A stretch of 64,000 nucleotides of DNA from Macrostomum hystrix (lineage: Eukaryota > Animalia > Platyhelminthes), in NCBI GenBank assembly GCA_950097015.1, contig CATNEN010000003.1, forward strand, positions 5,580,001 to 5,644,000. The letters are read 5' to 3'. Below, one piece after another: positions 11,401-22,862 of this stretch. A program made the translations under genes and the position numbers. Position 1 is the first letter of the stretch. Every line of letters begins with the position of its first letter. The notes below the pieces were generated by a model that did not search any database, was not told where the DNA came from, and was given only the letters and a program-made list of their open reading frames with translations.

Positions 11401-14400
11401 GGTACCAGCTCCACGGCATACACTGGAATGACAAAGGTTCCATGCTTTTTTAAACTCGAAACAAAGTTTGTCTTTGCTGAACGGAGCTACACCACGACTG
11501 TACCTGCTATTATGATTACGCACACAGGTGTGTACATCTGCCCTGACTTCCTCATCGTCAGGCAGTGTACACTCTGACTTCGCCTTAAATGTTGGCCCTT
11601 AAGGGCGTGAATTTCACGACAACTCCCCCCAGACTCCTATCAGCGGCTACGCCACAAATGAATGTGGCCTCGCAGAAGGACTTTGGACCGCTTTGCCACT
11701 CACCTCTACGTAGTAAAGCTTGGGTCTTTTTCAATTCTCGTACTGTGGTTAGGGCCTATCGGTTAGAGCGTCGGACTTAAGACCCGAAGGGCGGGGGTTC
11801 GATTCCTGACTCAGATGGAACAGTTTTTGTCCTCTATCTAGGACTTGCGCTGCCTAATAGTAAACTCACATTTAAAACTGCAAAATGCCACACCAGACGA
11901 TCAACTCACCATGTCTGCCAGGTCAAACATATTGTTGATATACAGCAGGTTCTGCCACCAGCTGTTGAAGCAGTTGGCATCGAGTCCGTGTCGCTGATAT
12001 CTTGGCCCGTCGTACGCATACTGAATCAACGTGGTGTAAACTCCCAGGATTATCATGTATGGCACAGTCAGCCTGCAGTACCTGTGCATATAGAACCTCA
12101 ACCAGTTAATTCGTTTCAACTGTCCTCGACGCCTATCAACTTCGCGCAGAAACAGGTAAGTTGCCAACAGGCCGCTGAGTACAAAGAACGTGTCAACAGC
12201 CACCGTGGCATTTAGAATAGCCTGGAACGTCCAGTCATTCAGCCATTTCGGCACCAACTGACCTAGATTTGACGCACTGATTAAGCCAATGATATAGGTG
12301 TGACCTAGGATGACCCAGGACATTGAAATGAACCGGATTCCGTTGATACAGCCGAGGCTGCCGCCAGCCTGACCTTGGTCGAGAAGCTTGACGGCATTGG
12401 CGCGAACAGAGAAGCACAGGAGGATTGCCCTGATGATGCCTGAGATTACAAGATTTTCAGGTAGAAATAAGACATGTTTTCTACAATAGTTAATAAATTA
12501 ATGAATTATGGATTACACCTTCCCAAATCTATCCAGTGTCTTACCTATCCCGTGGGGGGTCGGTGGCAGAGTGGCTAACGCGTTTGCCACTTGCACCACA
12601 GTCCCTAAGTTCGATTCCACGGCGAGGCCACATTTATTTGGGGCGCAGCCGCGGAGAGAAGGCTTGGGGGCTTGTCGTGCAATTTACGCCCTTGAGGGCC
12701 AACCTCCAAGGCACAGTTCGAGTGTACACTGTCTGACGATGAGAAAGTCAGGGCATATGTACACACCTGTGTGAGCGTGTGCCTGCGTACGGTATCTGTG
12801 TGCGTGTGTGCTCAGCGAAATAGGCAGAATTGCCTCCTCGCTGGCTGCGGGTCTAGTGTCACCAAACTATTTGTCATTGCCCGCAGCCCTCCTGCAATTA
12901 TTATTATTATTATTATTACCTATCCCGTGTCTTACCTATCCCGTGTCTTATCTATCCCGTGTCTCATCTATCCCGTGTCTTATATCTCCCGTGTCTCATC
13001 TATCCCGTGTCTTATCTATCCCGTGTCTCATCTATCCCGTGTCTCATCTATCCCGTGTCTTATCTATCCCGTGTCTTATATATCCCGTGTCTCATCTATC
13101 CCGTGTCTCATCTATCCCGTGTCCTACCTATCCCGTGTCTTATATATCCCGTGTCTCATCTCTCCCGTGTCTCATCTATCCCGTGTCTCATCTATCCCGT
13201 GTCTTATATCTCCCGTGTCTCATCTATCCCGTGTCTTATCTATCCCGTGTCTCATCTATCCCGTGTCTCATCTATCCCGTGTCTTATCTATCCCGTGTCT
13301 CATCTATCCCGTGTCTCATCTATCCCGTGTCTTATCTATCCCGTGTCTTATATATCCCGTGTCTCATCTATCCCGTGTCTTATCTATCCCGTGTCTCATC
13401 TATCCCGTGTCTCATCTATCCCGTGTCTTATCTTGTAGCTGACTTGCTACAAATGTTGCTGTTAAATTTAAGAGTCGGCAAAAGCTTGAGCTTGTTTATT
13501 TAGTTTTGTCGTGGGGTTACATTTAAGTCTTAACCGGGCAACTGTACCTATCGATAACAAGGGTCATAGACAAATTAGCCGTAAGGGGGGAAATAAAAGT
13601 ACCATTTGAATCTTTAAATATTAAGAGTTAAAAGAAAGAAGTGAATTTGCTGCTACAAGATACTCCCCCCACCCAAAACGGAGTTTATGCAAAGGTTTTG
13701 ATTGTTGTTATGAAACAGTTAGAAAACGATGCTTTTCAGTTAGGTTAATAATGGTTCAGTTGCGTAAAACAGTTTAACAGATGGTTCTGTGGAAAAACGA
13801 ACGTGGGAAGCGGTTTTAGCACGCATGTTTGCTGCCGGTGGGTTTTCCGGTGTTACAGTAGTTGCTGGTGCTTTGCTAATTGGTACCGGTGCTGGGAGTG
13901 TAGCTGGTTTCACTCGATCAATAGACACTACAGAAGGCTTGCCGTTGATTTCCAATGTAAATGTCGTTTCGTGTCTCTCCAGCACTGCATAGGGTCCCTG
14001 GTAGGGTGCTTCTAGGGGACGTCGAACTCGATCTAGTCGCAACCAGACGTGGGTGCATGCAGCCAAGTCTGCTGGCAGATGAATTCTTACCTCGCGCGTT
14101 CGTGGTTGGCGATACGGAAAAAAAAGTTGGTGCAGTCTTGTGGAAAGTTCCTTGACAGAGGAGGTGTCGGCAACTACAGGTGGGACTAATGGTTGTTCAC
14201 CGGTAACGATGGAGAATGGCGATGCACCTGTCTCGTCTGCAAAAATGCGCATTCCGAGAAGCACGATGGGTAGCTGCTGCAGCCAGTTCTTGCCACGTGC
14301 TTTCAGCCCGGACTTTAATGTTCGGTGGGTTCGCTCGACGATGCCATTTGCCCTCGGATTGTAGGCTGAAGTGCGGATGTGATGGATTCCGAGCAGTGTC

Positions 14401-17400
14401 GCCAGGTTTTGCATGAGCTCCGCGCGGAACTGCGCGCCTTGATCGGTCACCAGCGTCAATGGTGGGCCAAACCGAGAAATCCAGGATTCTAGGAAGGCGC
14501 ACGCGACTGAAGTGGCGGTGATGTCAATGAGAGGGGCAGCTTCAATCCAACGTGAATATGCATCGACCATTGTGAGCAAGTAGCGAGGTCTGGGACTAAC
14601 GTCGGTCGACTCTGGGGGTGGCAGTGGTCCGACTAAATCGATATGGACCGTCGTGAAGCGTTGAGAGGGTGCTGGAAGCTGTTGCAACGGGCGTTGGACG
14701 TGACGACCTGTCTTGCACTGCTGGCACTGTTGACATTCGGCTACCCACCTTTGGATGTCGTTAGCCATACCTAGCCAGAAAAAACGATAAACGATGAGTC
14801 GTTGCGTGGCTTTGCGGCCAGGATGTGCGAATGCATGCAGCGAGTCAAAAACAGCGCGTCGGAGAGTCCTAGGGATGACGGGACGTGGGTTTGTCTGCGA
14901 GATTTCGCATCGCAGTGGGAAGTCCTTGATTCCAATGTCGAAGTTGCTGAAACGGCCTGTCTGGGGTTCATCCTCCGGGTTTTCCTTCTGTGCTCGTGCA
15001 ATGGCTGGCAGGTCCACACATTGAGGAAGGTCAGACAGCAGTCGAATTGTGGTTGGTGGCGGGTTCTGGGATGGGTAAACCGGTCGTGATAGCGTGTCGG
15101 CTACGATGTTGTCCTTGCCGGAAATGTGGATGATGTCGCTCACAAACTCCGTGATGACGGATAGCTGGCGTTGTTGTCGATCGGAAAATCGTTCTTTCTT
15201 ATTTCTAAACGCTCCGCTGATGGGCTTGTGGTCGCAGAACACTGTGGTTTGTTGGCCTTGGATCATGTATTTCCATGTCTTGACCGCAGCAAAAATAGCC
15301 AGCAGTTCCCGATCAAAAGTGCTGTAAGCTGCTTCCGTGTCAGAGAGCTTGCGAGAGTAGAATGCCAATGGGGAAGATTGCTCGGCTACCACCTGATGCA
15401 ATGCTGCGCCGATGGCAGTGGCGCTGGCGTCGGTTGTGATTGTGAATGTGGCATTGGCTTGAGGAAAAGTCAGGGTGACTGCGTTCGCCAGACTGTCCTG
15501 GAGTTCTTTCCAAGCATCGTCGTGTCGCTTCGTCCAATTGAATGGCGCCGTGACGAGTTGTCGTAGCGGGGTGGCGATCTCAGCATAATTAGGAATGCAC
15601 CGCTGATAAAAACCGAACATGCCAAGGTAGCGCCGTAGTGATTGCATGTCAGTGGGAGCCTCGAGTTTCCGCAGTGCTTCGACTCGGTTCGGAAGCGGTC
15701 GGATGCCGTCAGCAGTGACGAAGTACCCAAGAAACTCCACTGAATCGCGAAAGAAATGGCACTTTTCAGAGTTGACGCCCAAGCCTTTGTCGCTTAGACG
15801 TCGCAGCACCTCTTCGATGTGCGCCTGATGTTCTTCGCGTGACTGGCTGTGTACCAAGATGTCGTCGATGTAAGATGTTACGAACGGGAGGTCGCTAAAG
15901 ACGGAATCTACGTATCGCTGGAATGTGCTGGCGGCGTTTCTCAGGCCGAATGGCATGCGAATGTATTCGAAAGAACCAAATGGCGTGCAAATCGCTGTTT
16001 TCTCAACATCTTCGTCTGCAATCGGGATGAAGTGGTAGGCCTTAACCAGGTCAAGGGTGCTGAACACTTTCGCTCCATGTAGACGATGGTGAAAATGATT
16101 GATGTTCGGAATAGGGTAACGGTCTGGTTTGGTTGCCGCGTTCAGTGCTCGATAATCTCCACATGGTCGCCAGGAGCCGTCCCTCTTCTTCACCATGTGA
16201 AGCGGGGAGGCCCAGGGACTGGCCGAGGGGCGAACGATACCGAAGCGGAGGAGCTTGTCGAATTCCAACTTTGCGATTTCGTACTTCGCTGGGGATAATG
16301 GGCGAGGTCGACAGAATACAGGTTCACCTGTCGTCTCGATGCGGTGTCGCACAGATGTGGCGGGTGGCGCGGTGTAGTCCGGTGCCTCCAGTAATCGCGG
16401 GAAATTTTTGAGTGGTGTGGTCGGTTCCAGTTGAGTTGTGGCGTTGATTTTGGGAAGTTGCGCACTCGATGGACTGAGGTTGGCGTAAAGAGATGTCGCT
16501 GGGTCTTGTATACGTCGTGTGTTCAGATCGATGAGGAAGCCAAACTTGAGGAAGAAGTCGGCTCCGAGAATTGGCGCAGTGTCGGTAACGATAAATGATG
16601 CAGGGTAGGGTCTACGGAGACCAGGAATTGTAAGAGTGACGCAGCATTGGCCGAAAGTTGGGATTTCTCGACCATCGATGCTACAGAGTTTCACATGTGT
16701 GGTTGTCAACAGATTTTGAGGAGCGAATTTTAGTGGGAGCAGCGATCGCTCAGCACCGGTGTCAACTATAAAGGAAACGGGTGAACGGAGAATTTGACAC
16801 AACAGTAATAACGTGTTGGCCTGGGAGGGGTCGCGGCTCGGCCGAGGCACGTGACCCACTAGTTTGACGCCGCTGTCGGCGTTGGGCTGCTTGAGCGGGA
16901 TTGAGTCGGGGTAGGTTGGCGGCTGGCGAGTGTTATCGTCGGCTTCGGTCCAGGCCACTGACACCACGGTCGGCAGGTGCGAGCTTCCGCGGCGTAGTAC
17001 AGGTGACCGTTGCAGATTTTAGGGCGGCGGAGAGAATTTCGGTTGGCTTGAAAATCAACGCGTCTAGCTCCTCGAAACGGACTTTTCTTGTTTCCTGCGG
17101 ACAACTGGCCGGGTGCGATGGCCCGGTTGATTGGGGCGAACGGCGTTGTGCTGGCTGACACGGCCAGCATGCTGTCGGCGATTTTAGAGAAAGCATCCAG
17201 CGGCGCGTCTTCGTGTCCGACTAATGCGGAACGGATGTGGGTCGGGAGTGCCGACAGGAGCCGAGACTTGACGATGCTATCATCGACTTGCAGACCGACT
17301 TCGCCGAACTTGCGCTTGATGTCGTTAACCAGTTGCGATGGACGGCGGTCGCCGAGTTCAACTGCAGCCAGTGCCTCTTCGATGCGCTGGTGCCGGTTTA

Positions 17401-20400
17401 CGCGTAACGATTCGAGCACCGCCGACTTAAGTGACGCATAGTCTCCCGTATCCAGATCGATTGAGCAAGCCACGTCTTCGGGTAGAGCGGCCAGTGTGTG
17501 GTGGAACTTGGTTGTCGGATTGACGATGCCGGCTAACGTGAACTGGGCTTCTAACTGACGGAACCATATTTCTGGGGACTTGCGATAGAACGCGGGTGGT
17601 TTGACTGCGTGCTGTGTGATTTTTCGCTCGGGAATTTGAGGCGTTTCATCGGGTTGCCGCTGTTGACGCTGGGCTTCTGCTGTGCCTGGTTCGTGTCTCC
17701 TGGTTTTTGGCATGATGAAACGCTCTGCTACCAATTTTGTAGCTGACTTGCTACAAATGTTGCTGTTAAATTTAAGAGTCGGCAAAAGCTTGAGCTTGTT
17801 TATTTAGTTTTGTCGTGGGGTTACATTTAAGTCTTAACCGGGCAACTGTACCTATCGATAACAAGGGTCATAGACAAATTAGCCGTAAGGGGGGAAATAA
17901 AAGTACCATTTGAATCTTTAAATATTAAGAGTTAAAAGAAAGAAGTGAATTTGCTGCTACAATCTATCCCGTGTCTTATATATCCCGTGTCTCATCTATC
18001 CCGTGTCTCATCTATCCCGTGTCCTACCTATCCCGTGTCTTATCTATCCCGTGTCTCATCTATCCCGTGTCTCATCTATCCCGTGTCTTATCTATCCCGT
18101 GTCTTATCTATCCCGTGTCTCATCTATCCCGTGTCTCATCTATCCCGTGTCCTACCTATCCCGTGTCTCATCTATCCCGTGTCCTACCTATCCCGTGTCT
18201 CATCTCTCCCGTGTCTCATCTATCCCGTGTCTTATCTATCCCGTGTCTCATCTATCCCGTGTCTCATCTCTCCCTTGTCTTATCGATTCTCACCTAAGCA
18301 TCGAAATCTACCAAAGTCTCGATTATCGCGATTAATCTCCGCGGCCGCAAGCAATGCCGCATCATCTCCCGCAGTTCCGCTGCAGTCGAAATTCTCATCA
18401 GCTGCCGCTGACGAACTCGCCGCCGATGATGACTCAGCAACAGGTGTGCCAGAGACGGTTGCAGCTGAAGCTGTTGCCGCTGCCGCCGCGGCTGCCGCGG
18501 CGGCACTGCGCGACCGACTTCGCTCCAGCAGGTCAATCAACGTGCCAGCAGCCAGGCACAGACAGATGCTGGCCAAAATGGCGCTAAAAGTTATTTGTTG
18601 ACTCGAAAATTCATAAATTTGTCAGCGAATAAAAGAATATTTAAGCCCTTTGTGTGACTTTTATTACCAACTGTTAAATGATGCAGTTTAGATTAATAAA
18701 CTACGTAAAATTCTACATGCTGAATAATAAAAAGATTAATAATTGACCTGCAATCAGAAGTCTGCGTACGGCTGTTCAGTCCATGGACTGCGGGGACGCC
18801 ACACCCACCTTCAATTATCCCAGCTAGTGCTGGTACCCATTTAACAGCTGGGTGAACTGAAATTCTAAAGGACACAAATTGTTTCAGTGCAGATGGAAAT
18901 CGAACCTCCGACCTTTAAGTCGCGAGTTCGACGCTCTAACCTCTAGGCTACAACTTCCTCCTCTTACTGCGAAGACTAGTGGGAACGGGAACGTTAACGT
19001 TGAACGGGATATTCAACACACTGAAGTCAAACGGGATATTAAACACACTGAAGTCAAACGGGATATTCAACACACTGAAGTCAAACGGGATAGTCAACAC
19101 ACTGAAGTCAAACGGGATATTAAACACACTGAAGTCAAACGGGATATTCAACACACTGAAGTCAAACGGGATATTCAACACACTGAAGTCAAACTGGATA
19201 TTCAACACACTGAAGTCAAACTGGATATTCAACACACTGAAGTCAAACGGGATATTAAACACACTGAAGTCAAACGGGATATTCAACACACTGAAGTCAA
19301 ACTGGAAATTCAACACACTGAAGTCAAACTGGATATTCAACACACTGAAGTCAAACGGGATAATCAACACAGTAAAGTCAAATGTGATACTCATCGCAGT
19401 GAAAGCAGACCACACTACAGAAATGAGTCTACTACAAAGTGAAATAGGTAAAAAACGATTGTCAAGTAACTCACAGCATAGCTAAGGCTCCAGTTGTCAG
19501 CTTATCGACATCAGTTTTCAGCTTTGATCGGCACTCGTTTGCGGCCGGTGCTATGCGAAATCTTTTCGCTAAATTAGGTATGATGCTTAGCAAGATCGAC
19601 GTAACATTCACAGCGTCTCCCATTGAACAGCTGTCTGGCCAGCACGAACCAAAGGTAATGATTCGAGTCAGTTTAAGCACAGGTTGGGTAGCAACAGATT
19701 GCAGCTCCAACAGACAGTAGGAACCAGAGAAGCCATCGGTGGTGTTGGTGTCATGGACTGTAGCAGCTTCGAGGCATTGATCGAAGCTGCCCAGCCAGGT
19801 GGTGGCTCCTTGAAGCAGACCGGGCTGCGGCTTGCCCATCGAGTCGAGAACTAAAGATTTTGATATATATTTTGAGTCTATCAAATTATTCTTCTAAGTT
19901 TTAATAATTAATTGATTACACTTGTCCCAATTGGGCCAGATGTGCAGCCGACAGCACAGCCGCAGCTATTGCGCGGCGCATCTGAAGACTGCGTACAGCT
20001 GTTCAGTCCATGGACTGGGGGGACGCTACACCCACCTTCAATTATCCCAGCTGATGCTGGCACCCATTTAACAGCTGAGTGAACTGAAGCAATGCAGAGT
20101 TAAGTGTCTAGCTAAAGGACACAAATTGTTTCAGTGGAGTCGGGAATCGAACCCCCCGACCTTCAAGCCGTGAGTCCGACGCTCTAACCACTAGGCTACA
20201 ACCTCTGTCTAAGTATCTAACTAAGACACAAACTATCGGCATTCTCAAAGATGTGTCTCAAACAATTGCTTCACATATCTGAAGAATCCTTAGCCTTGAA
20301 TAGTCAGTAAAGCTCAGTAATCCCAAAAGTATCACCAAATCCATGGTGGCACTTCCCCATCCTCAAATTATATCCATGGTGACACTACCCCATCCTCAAA

Positions 20401-21457
20401 TTATATCCATGGTGCCACTACTCCATCCTCAAATTATATCCATGGTGCCACTACCCATCCTCAAATTATATCCATGGTGACACTACCCCATCCTCAAATT
20501 ATATCCATGGTGACACTACTCCATCCTCAACTCCATGGTGGCACTACCCCATCCTCAACTCCATGGTGGCACTACCCCATCCTCAACTCCATGGTGGCAC
20601 TACCCCATCCTCAACTCCATGGTGGCACTACCCCATCCTCAACTCCATGGTGGCACTACCCCATCCTCAACTCCATGGTGACACTACCCCATCCTCAACT
20701 CCATGGTGACACTACCCCATCCTCAACTCCATGGTGACACTACCCCATCCTCAAATTATATCCATGGTGGCACTACCCCATCCTCAAATTATATCCATGG
20801 TGACACTACCCCATCCTCAACTCCATGGTGGCACTACCCCATCCTCAACTCCATGGTGACACTACCCCATCCTCAAATTATATCCATGGTGGCACTACCC
20901 CATCCTCAAATTATATCCATGGTGGCACTACCCCATCCTCAACTCCATGGTGGCACTACCCCATCCTCAACTCCATGGTGACACTACCCCATCCTCAAAT
21001 TATATCCATGGTGGCACTACCCCATCCTCAAATTATATCCATGGTGACACTACCCCATCCTCAACTCCATTCACTTACACGGCTGAGTCCATTTCTCCAG
21101 TCCAACTAAAGCCTTGACCAATCGGCGCAAATGTCGTTGGCAACGATTTGTAACAGTAAATTTGGTTTCCAAGAAAATAGTCGATACGGCTTCTCGCCAT
21201 TGTTGCTTCGGGTCTGTTAGCAGATCCAGTATATTTAGCAGCGTAGCGTTGCTTTCAAATGTTAGTCGATTGGTCTGCAAACTTGAAACACTTTTCATTG
21301 CTTGTAAATAAATCGATGGTGCATTGTAACGCCTAGCAAAATCTGCAGTAGCGAGTTCAGCAGCCGTTATTGTTGAAAACTCGAAAATGACGAAGAAGCC
21401 AATGTAGAGAACAACGACAGTTGCTATCTGGTATGTCATTTTGCTTATTAAAGACAT
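8469..21457 (-). CDS. NRF-6/OACYL-like O-acyltransferase (NRF domain + Acyl_transf_3); exons 21457-21079, 19850-19475, 18583-18294, 12439-11910, 11422-10915, 8761-8469
   Basis: NRF motif [23 protein letters not shown]3 motifs [75 protein letters not shown]. All five introns are GT-AG with matching phases. Confidence 0.92.
8801..10762. repeat. 24-bp minisatellite (GAATCTAGTCGTGTCTTCTGAAGC)n, ~80 copies, two interleaved variants; fills intron 5 of the acyltransferase
   Basis: Visible unit. Explains the 629-aa [11 protein letters not shown]. Confidence 0.96.
11520..11710 (-). mobile_element. SINE family A, partial/diverged copy
   Basis: CACAGGTGTGTACATCTGCCCTGACTT..GTGTACACTC matches the reverse complement of 12640-12775. 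Confidence 0.7.
12555..12917 (+). mobile_element. tRNA-derived SINE family A, full length, (TTA)n tail
   Basis: A-box GGTGGCAGAGTGGCTAA, B-box GTTCGATTCC, (TTA)n tail, flanked by TTACCTATCCCGTG at 12541-12554 and 12916-12929. Homologous copies near 30.2 kb and 38.2 kb. Confidence 0.85.
12916..13433. repeat. 16-bp minisatellite (CCGTGTCTYATCTATC)n, left part, split by the LTR element
   Basis: Visible unit, continuing in register at 17962. Confidence 0.95.
13434..13657 (-). repeat. 3' LTR (224 bp)
   Basis: TG...CA ends with a 6-bp inverted terminus. Polypurine tract GGGTGGGGGGAG on the minus strand at about 13663-13674. Confidence 0.95.
13740..16967 (-). CDS. pol: Gypsy pol polyprotein (protease, RT, RNase H, integrase), probably expressed by -1 frameshift
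   Basis: IVDTGA protease; [23 protein letters not shown]; TDAS..ELLAI RNase H; HAFAH..CQQC zinc motif; [18 protein letters not shown] integrase; GPY motif. Confidence 0.95.
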   Translation of the reverse strand: MVSVAWTEADDNTRQPPTYPDSIPLKQPNADSGVKLVGHVPRPSRDPSQANTLLLLCQILRSPVSFIVDTGAERSLLPLKFAPQNLLTTTHVKLCSIDGREIPTFGQCCVTLTIPGLRRPYPASFIVTDTAPILGADFFLKFGFLIDLNTRRIQDPATSLYANLSPSSAQLPKINATTQLEPTTPLKNFPRLLEAPDYTAPPATSVRHRIETTGEPVFCRPRPLSPAKYEIAKLEFDKLLRFGIVRPSASPWASPLHMVKKRDGSWRPCGDYRALNAATKPDRYPIPNINHFHHRLHGAKVFSTLDLVKAYHFIPIADEDVEKTAICTPFGSFEYIRMPFGLRNAASTFQRYVDSVFSDLPFVTSYIDDILVHSQSREEHQAHIEEVLRRLSDKGLGVNSEKCHFFRDSVEFLGYFVTADGIRPLPNRVEALRKLEAPTDMQSLRRYLGMFGFYQRCIPNYAEIATPLRQLVTAPFNWTKRHDDAWKELQDSLANAVTLTFPQANATFTITTDASATAIGAALHQVVAEQSSPLAFYSRKLSDTEAAYSTFDRELLAIFAAVKTWKYMIQGQQTTVFCDHKPISGAFRNKKERFSDRQQRQLSVITEFVSDIIHISGKDNIVADTLSRPVYPSQNPPPTTIRLLSDLPQCVDLPAIARAQKENPEDEPQTGRFSNFDIGIKDFPLRCEISQTNPRPVIPRTLRRAVFDSLHAFAHPGRKATQRLIVYRFFWLGMANDIQRWVAECQQCQQCKTGRHVQRPLQQLPAPSQRFTTVHIDLVGPLPPPESTDVSPRPRYLLTMVDAYSRWIEAAPLIDITATSVACAFLESWISRFGPPLTLVTDQGAQFRAELMQNLATLLGIHHIRTSAYNPRANGIVERTHRTLKSGLKARGKNWLQQLPIVLLGMRIFADETGASPFSIVTGEQPLVPPVVADTSSVKELSTRLHQLFFPYRQPRTREVRIHLPADLAACTHVWLRLDRVRRPLEAPYQGPYAVLERHETTFTLEINGKPSVVSIDRVKPATLPAPVPISKAPATTVTPENPPAANMRAKTASHVRFSTEPSVKLFYATEPLLT
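16859..17713 (-). CDS. gag: Gypsy gag-like protein
   Basis: ATG at 17713 just after the [33 protein letters not shown] and the C-terminal C..H..Y...ARTCRPWC knuckle are typical of invertebrate Gypsy gag. Confidence 0.9.
   Translation of the reverse strand: MPKTRRHEPGTAEAQRQQRQPDETPQIPERKITQHAVKPPAFYRKSPEIWFRQLEAQFTLAGIVNPTTKFHHTLAALPEDVACSIDLDTGDYASLKSAVLESLRVNRHQRIEEALAAVELGDRRPSQLVNDIKRKFGEVGLQVDDSIVKSRLLSALPTHIRSALVGHEDAPLDAFSKIADSMLAVSASTTPFAPINRAIAPGQLSAGNKKSPFRGARRVDFQANRNSLRRPKICNGHLYYAAEARTCRPWCQWPGPKPTITLASRQPTPTQSRSSSPTPTAASN
17723..17733 (-). other. Primer-binding site, complementary to the initiator tRNA-Met 3' end
   Basis: TGGTAGCAGAG lies a few nt downstream of the 5' LTR. Animal tRNAi-Met ends CUCUGCUACCA. 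Confidence 0.85.
17738..17961 (-). repeat. 5' LTR (224 bp)
   Basis: Identical to 13434-13657. Confidence 0.95.
17962..18282. repeat. 16-bp minisatellite, right part
   Basis: Same unit as 12916-13433. Ends about 10 nt from the exon 3 donor. Confidence 0.95.
18765..18955 (-). mobile_element. SINE family B, internally deleted copy
   Basis: CAGTCCATGGACTG..CCCATTTAACAGCTGGGTGAA..TCGAACC..GCTCTAACC, shared with 19900-20200. Confidence 0.75.
19003..19382. repeat. 27-bp minisatellite (CGGGATATTCAACACACTGAAGTCAAA)n in intron 2 of the acyltransferase
   Basis: Visible unit, ~14 copies. Confidence 0.93.
19905..20203 (-). mobile_element. tRNA-derived SINE family B, near full length
   Basis: Minus strand: TAGCCTAGTGGTTAGAGCG (A box), GGTTCGATTCCC (B box), central CAGCTGTTAAATGGG, AT-rich tail. 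Further copies near 11.76, 18.8, 28.45, 41.6, 49.95, 54.6 and 58.7 kb. Confidence 0.85.
20340..21070. repeat. 28/33-bp minisatellite (CCATGGTGGCACTACCCCATCCTCAACT / ...AAATTATAT) abutting the exon 1 donor
   Basis: Visible array with two unit lengths. Confidence 0.93.
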
Positions 21458-22014
21458 TTTAGCTTGCTAATCCAATTAAAAACCTTCCATTGGTTGTCTG
21501 TAGTTGGAATTAATTTCTAAGTTCAAAATAAAAGTTATTTTGTCTGCTTTAGAAACAAAAAGTCTTAGAGATCAGCGCAGACTGAGAATGATGAACAGAA
21601 AGGTCTGGACCTAAAAGCTCTAACATTACGCTCGTGTTTACTTCACTTTTCTGCCTGTGACACTTGCGTGCAGTGGGAGACATTTGATGAATGTACATTG
21701 GAATGCAGCTGCCAAGGCTGGTGTACATTCATACTAAGCTACCGCACGCACAGAAAAGAAGGATGGAAAGTGTACAGAAGGAAAGTGTAATTAAACAAAC
21801 AAGATATTATCTTTGCACTAGAATACAGCAGAATGAATGTGCCTGTACTGTAAAGTTTTAAACTTTAAATCAAACTTTATCAAGTTTCAAACAAATTCAT
21901 TCATCAAATATCCATTCCAGTTGGTACTTAATTCCAAAGTGCATCATTTTCGTACTTATAGTTGTTCGATAAACTAGCTGTACTAGCTTCCCTTCTAGCT
22001 ATTAGTATATATAG

Positions 22015-22698
22015 CTATGATATGATGGGATTGTTACGCTCGTATAATGGGATTGGTATGATGGGATTGATCTTATGGGATTGGTATGATGGGATTGGTA
22101 TGATATGATGGGATTGGTATGATGGGATTGGTATGATGGGATTGGTATGATGGGATTGGTACGCTCGTATAATGGGATTGGTATGATGGGATTGATCTTA
22201 TGGGATTGGTATGATGGGATTGGTATGATGGGATTGGTATGATGGGATTGGTACGCTCGTATAATGGGATTGGTATGATGGGATTGATCTTATGGGATTG
22301 GTATGATGGGATTGGTATGATGGGATTGGTATGATGGGATTGGTATGATGGGATTGGTATGATGGGATTGGTATGATGGGATTGGTATGATGGGATTGGT
22401 ATGATGGGATTGGTATGATGGGATTGGTATGATGGGATTGGTATGATGGGATTGGTATGATGGGATTGGTATGATGGGATTGGTGTGATGGGATTGGTAT
22501 GATGGGATTGGTGTGATGGGATTGGTATGATGGGATTGGTATGATGGGATTGGTATGATGGGATTGGTGTGATGGGATTGGTATGATGGGATTGGTATGA
22601 TGGGATTGGTATGATGGGATTGGTATGATGGGATTGGTATGATGGGATTGGTGTGATGGGATTGGTATGATGGGATTGGTATGATGGGATTGGTATGA
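22015..22698. repeat. 14-bp minisatellite (GGTATGATGGGATT)n between divergent genes
   Basis: Visible unit, ~48 copies. Confidence 0.95.
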
Positions 22699-22862
22699 TA
22701 AAAGTGACGTTCTGGGATCGGTACGGTCCACATTCTATAGTGTTTAGAGAGAAACTTTACCGAGTGTCTATAGCAGATGGAACAGCTAGAATGGTTTTTA
22801 TTGGCTCATTGTTCAGGGGTGGTAGCAACAATAGATATTTTTTTAATCGATAGAATACTCAA

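Larger units (their letters stand above)
13434..17961 (-). mobile_element. Full-length Ty3/Gypsy LTR retrotransposon (4528 bp)
   Basis: 224-bp LTRs TGTAGC...GCTACA at 13434-13657 and 17738-17961, identical by eye. 4-bp TSD ATCT. PBS and PPT present. Intact gag and PR-RT-RH-IN pol. Confidence 0.97.

Noticed and set aside
11750-11820. tRNA genes here and at 12555, 20140, 30135, 49930 and 58710
   Set aside because: A/B boxes are present but acceptor stems are not closed and the sequences continue into shared SINE bodies.
17714-17785. N-terminal extension of gag in the ORF track
   Set aside because: It starts at a non-ATG codon inside the LTR/PBS. ATG 17713 is the plausible start.
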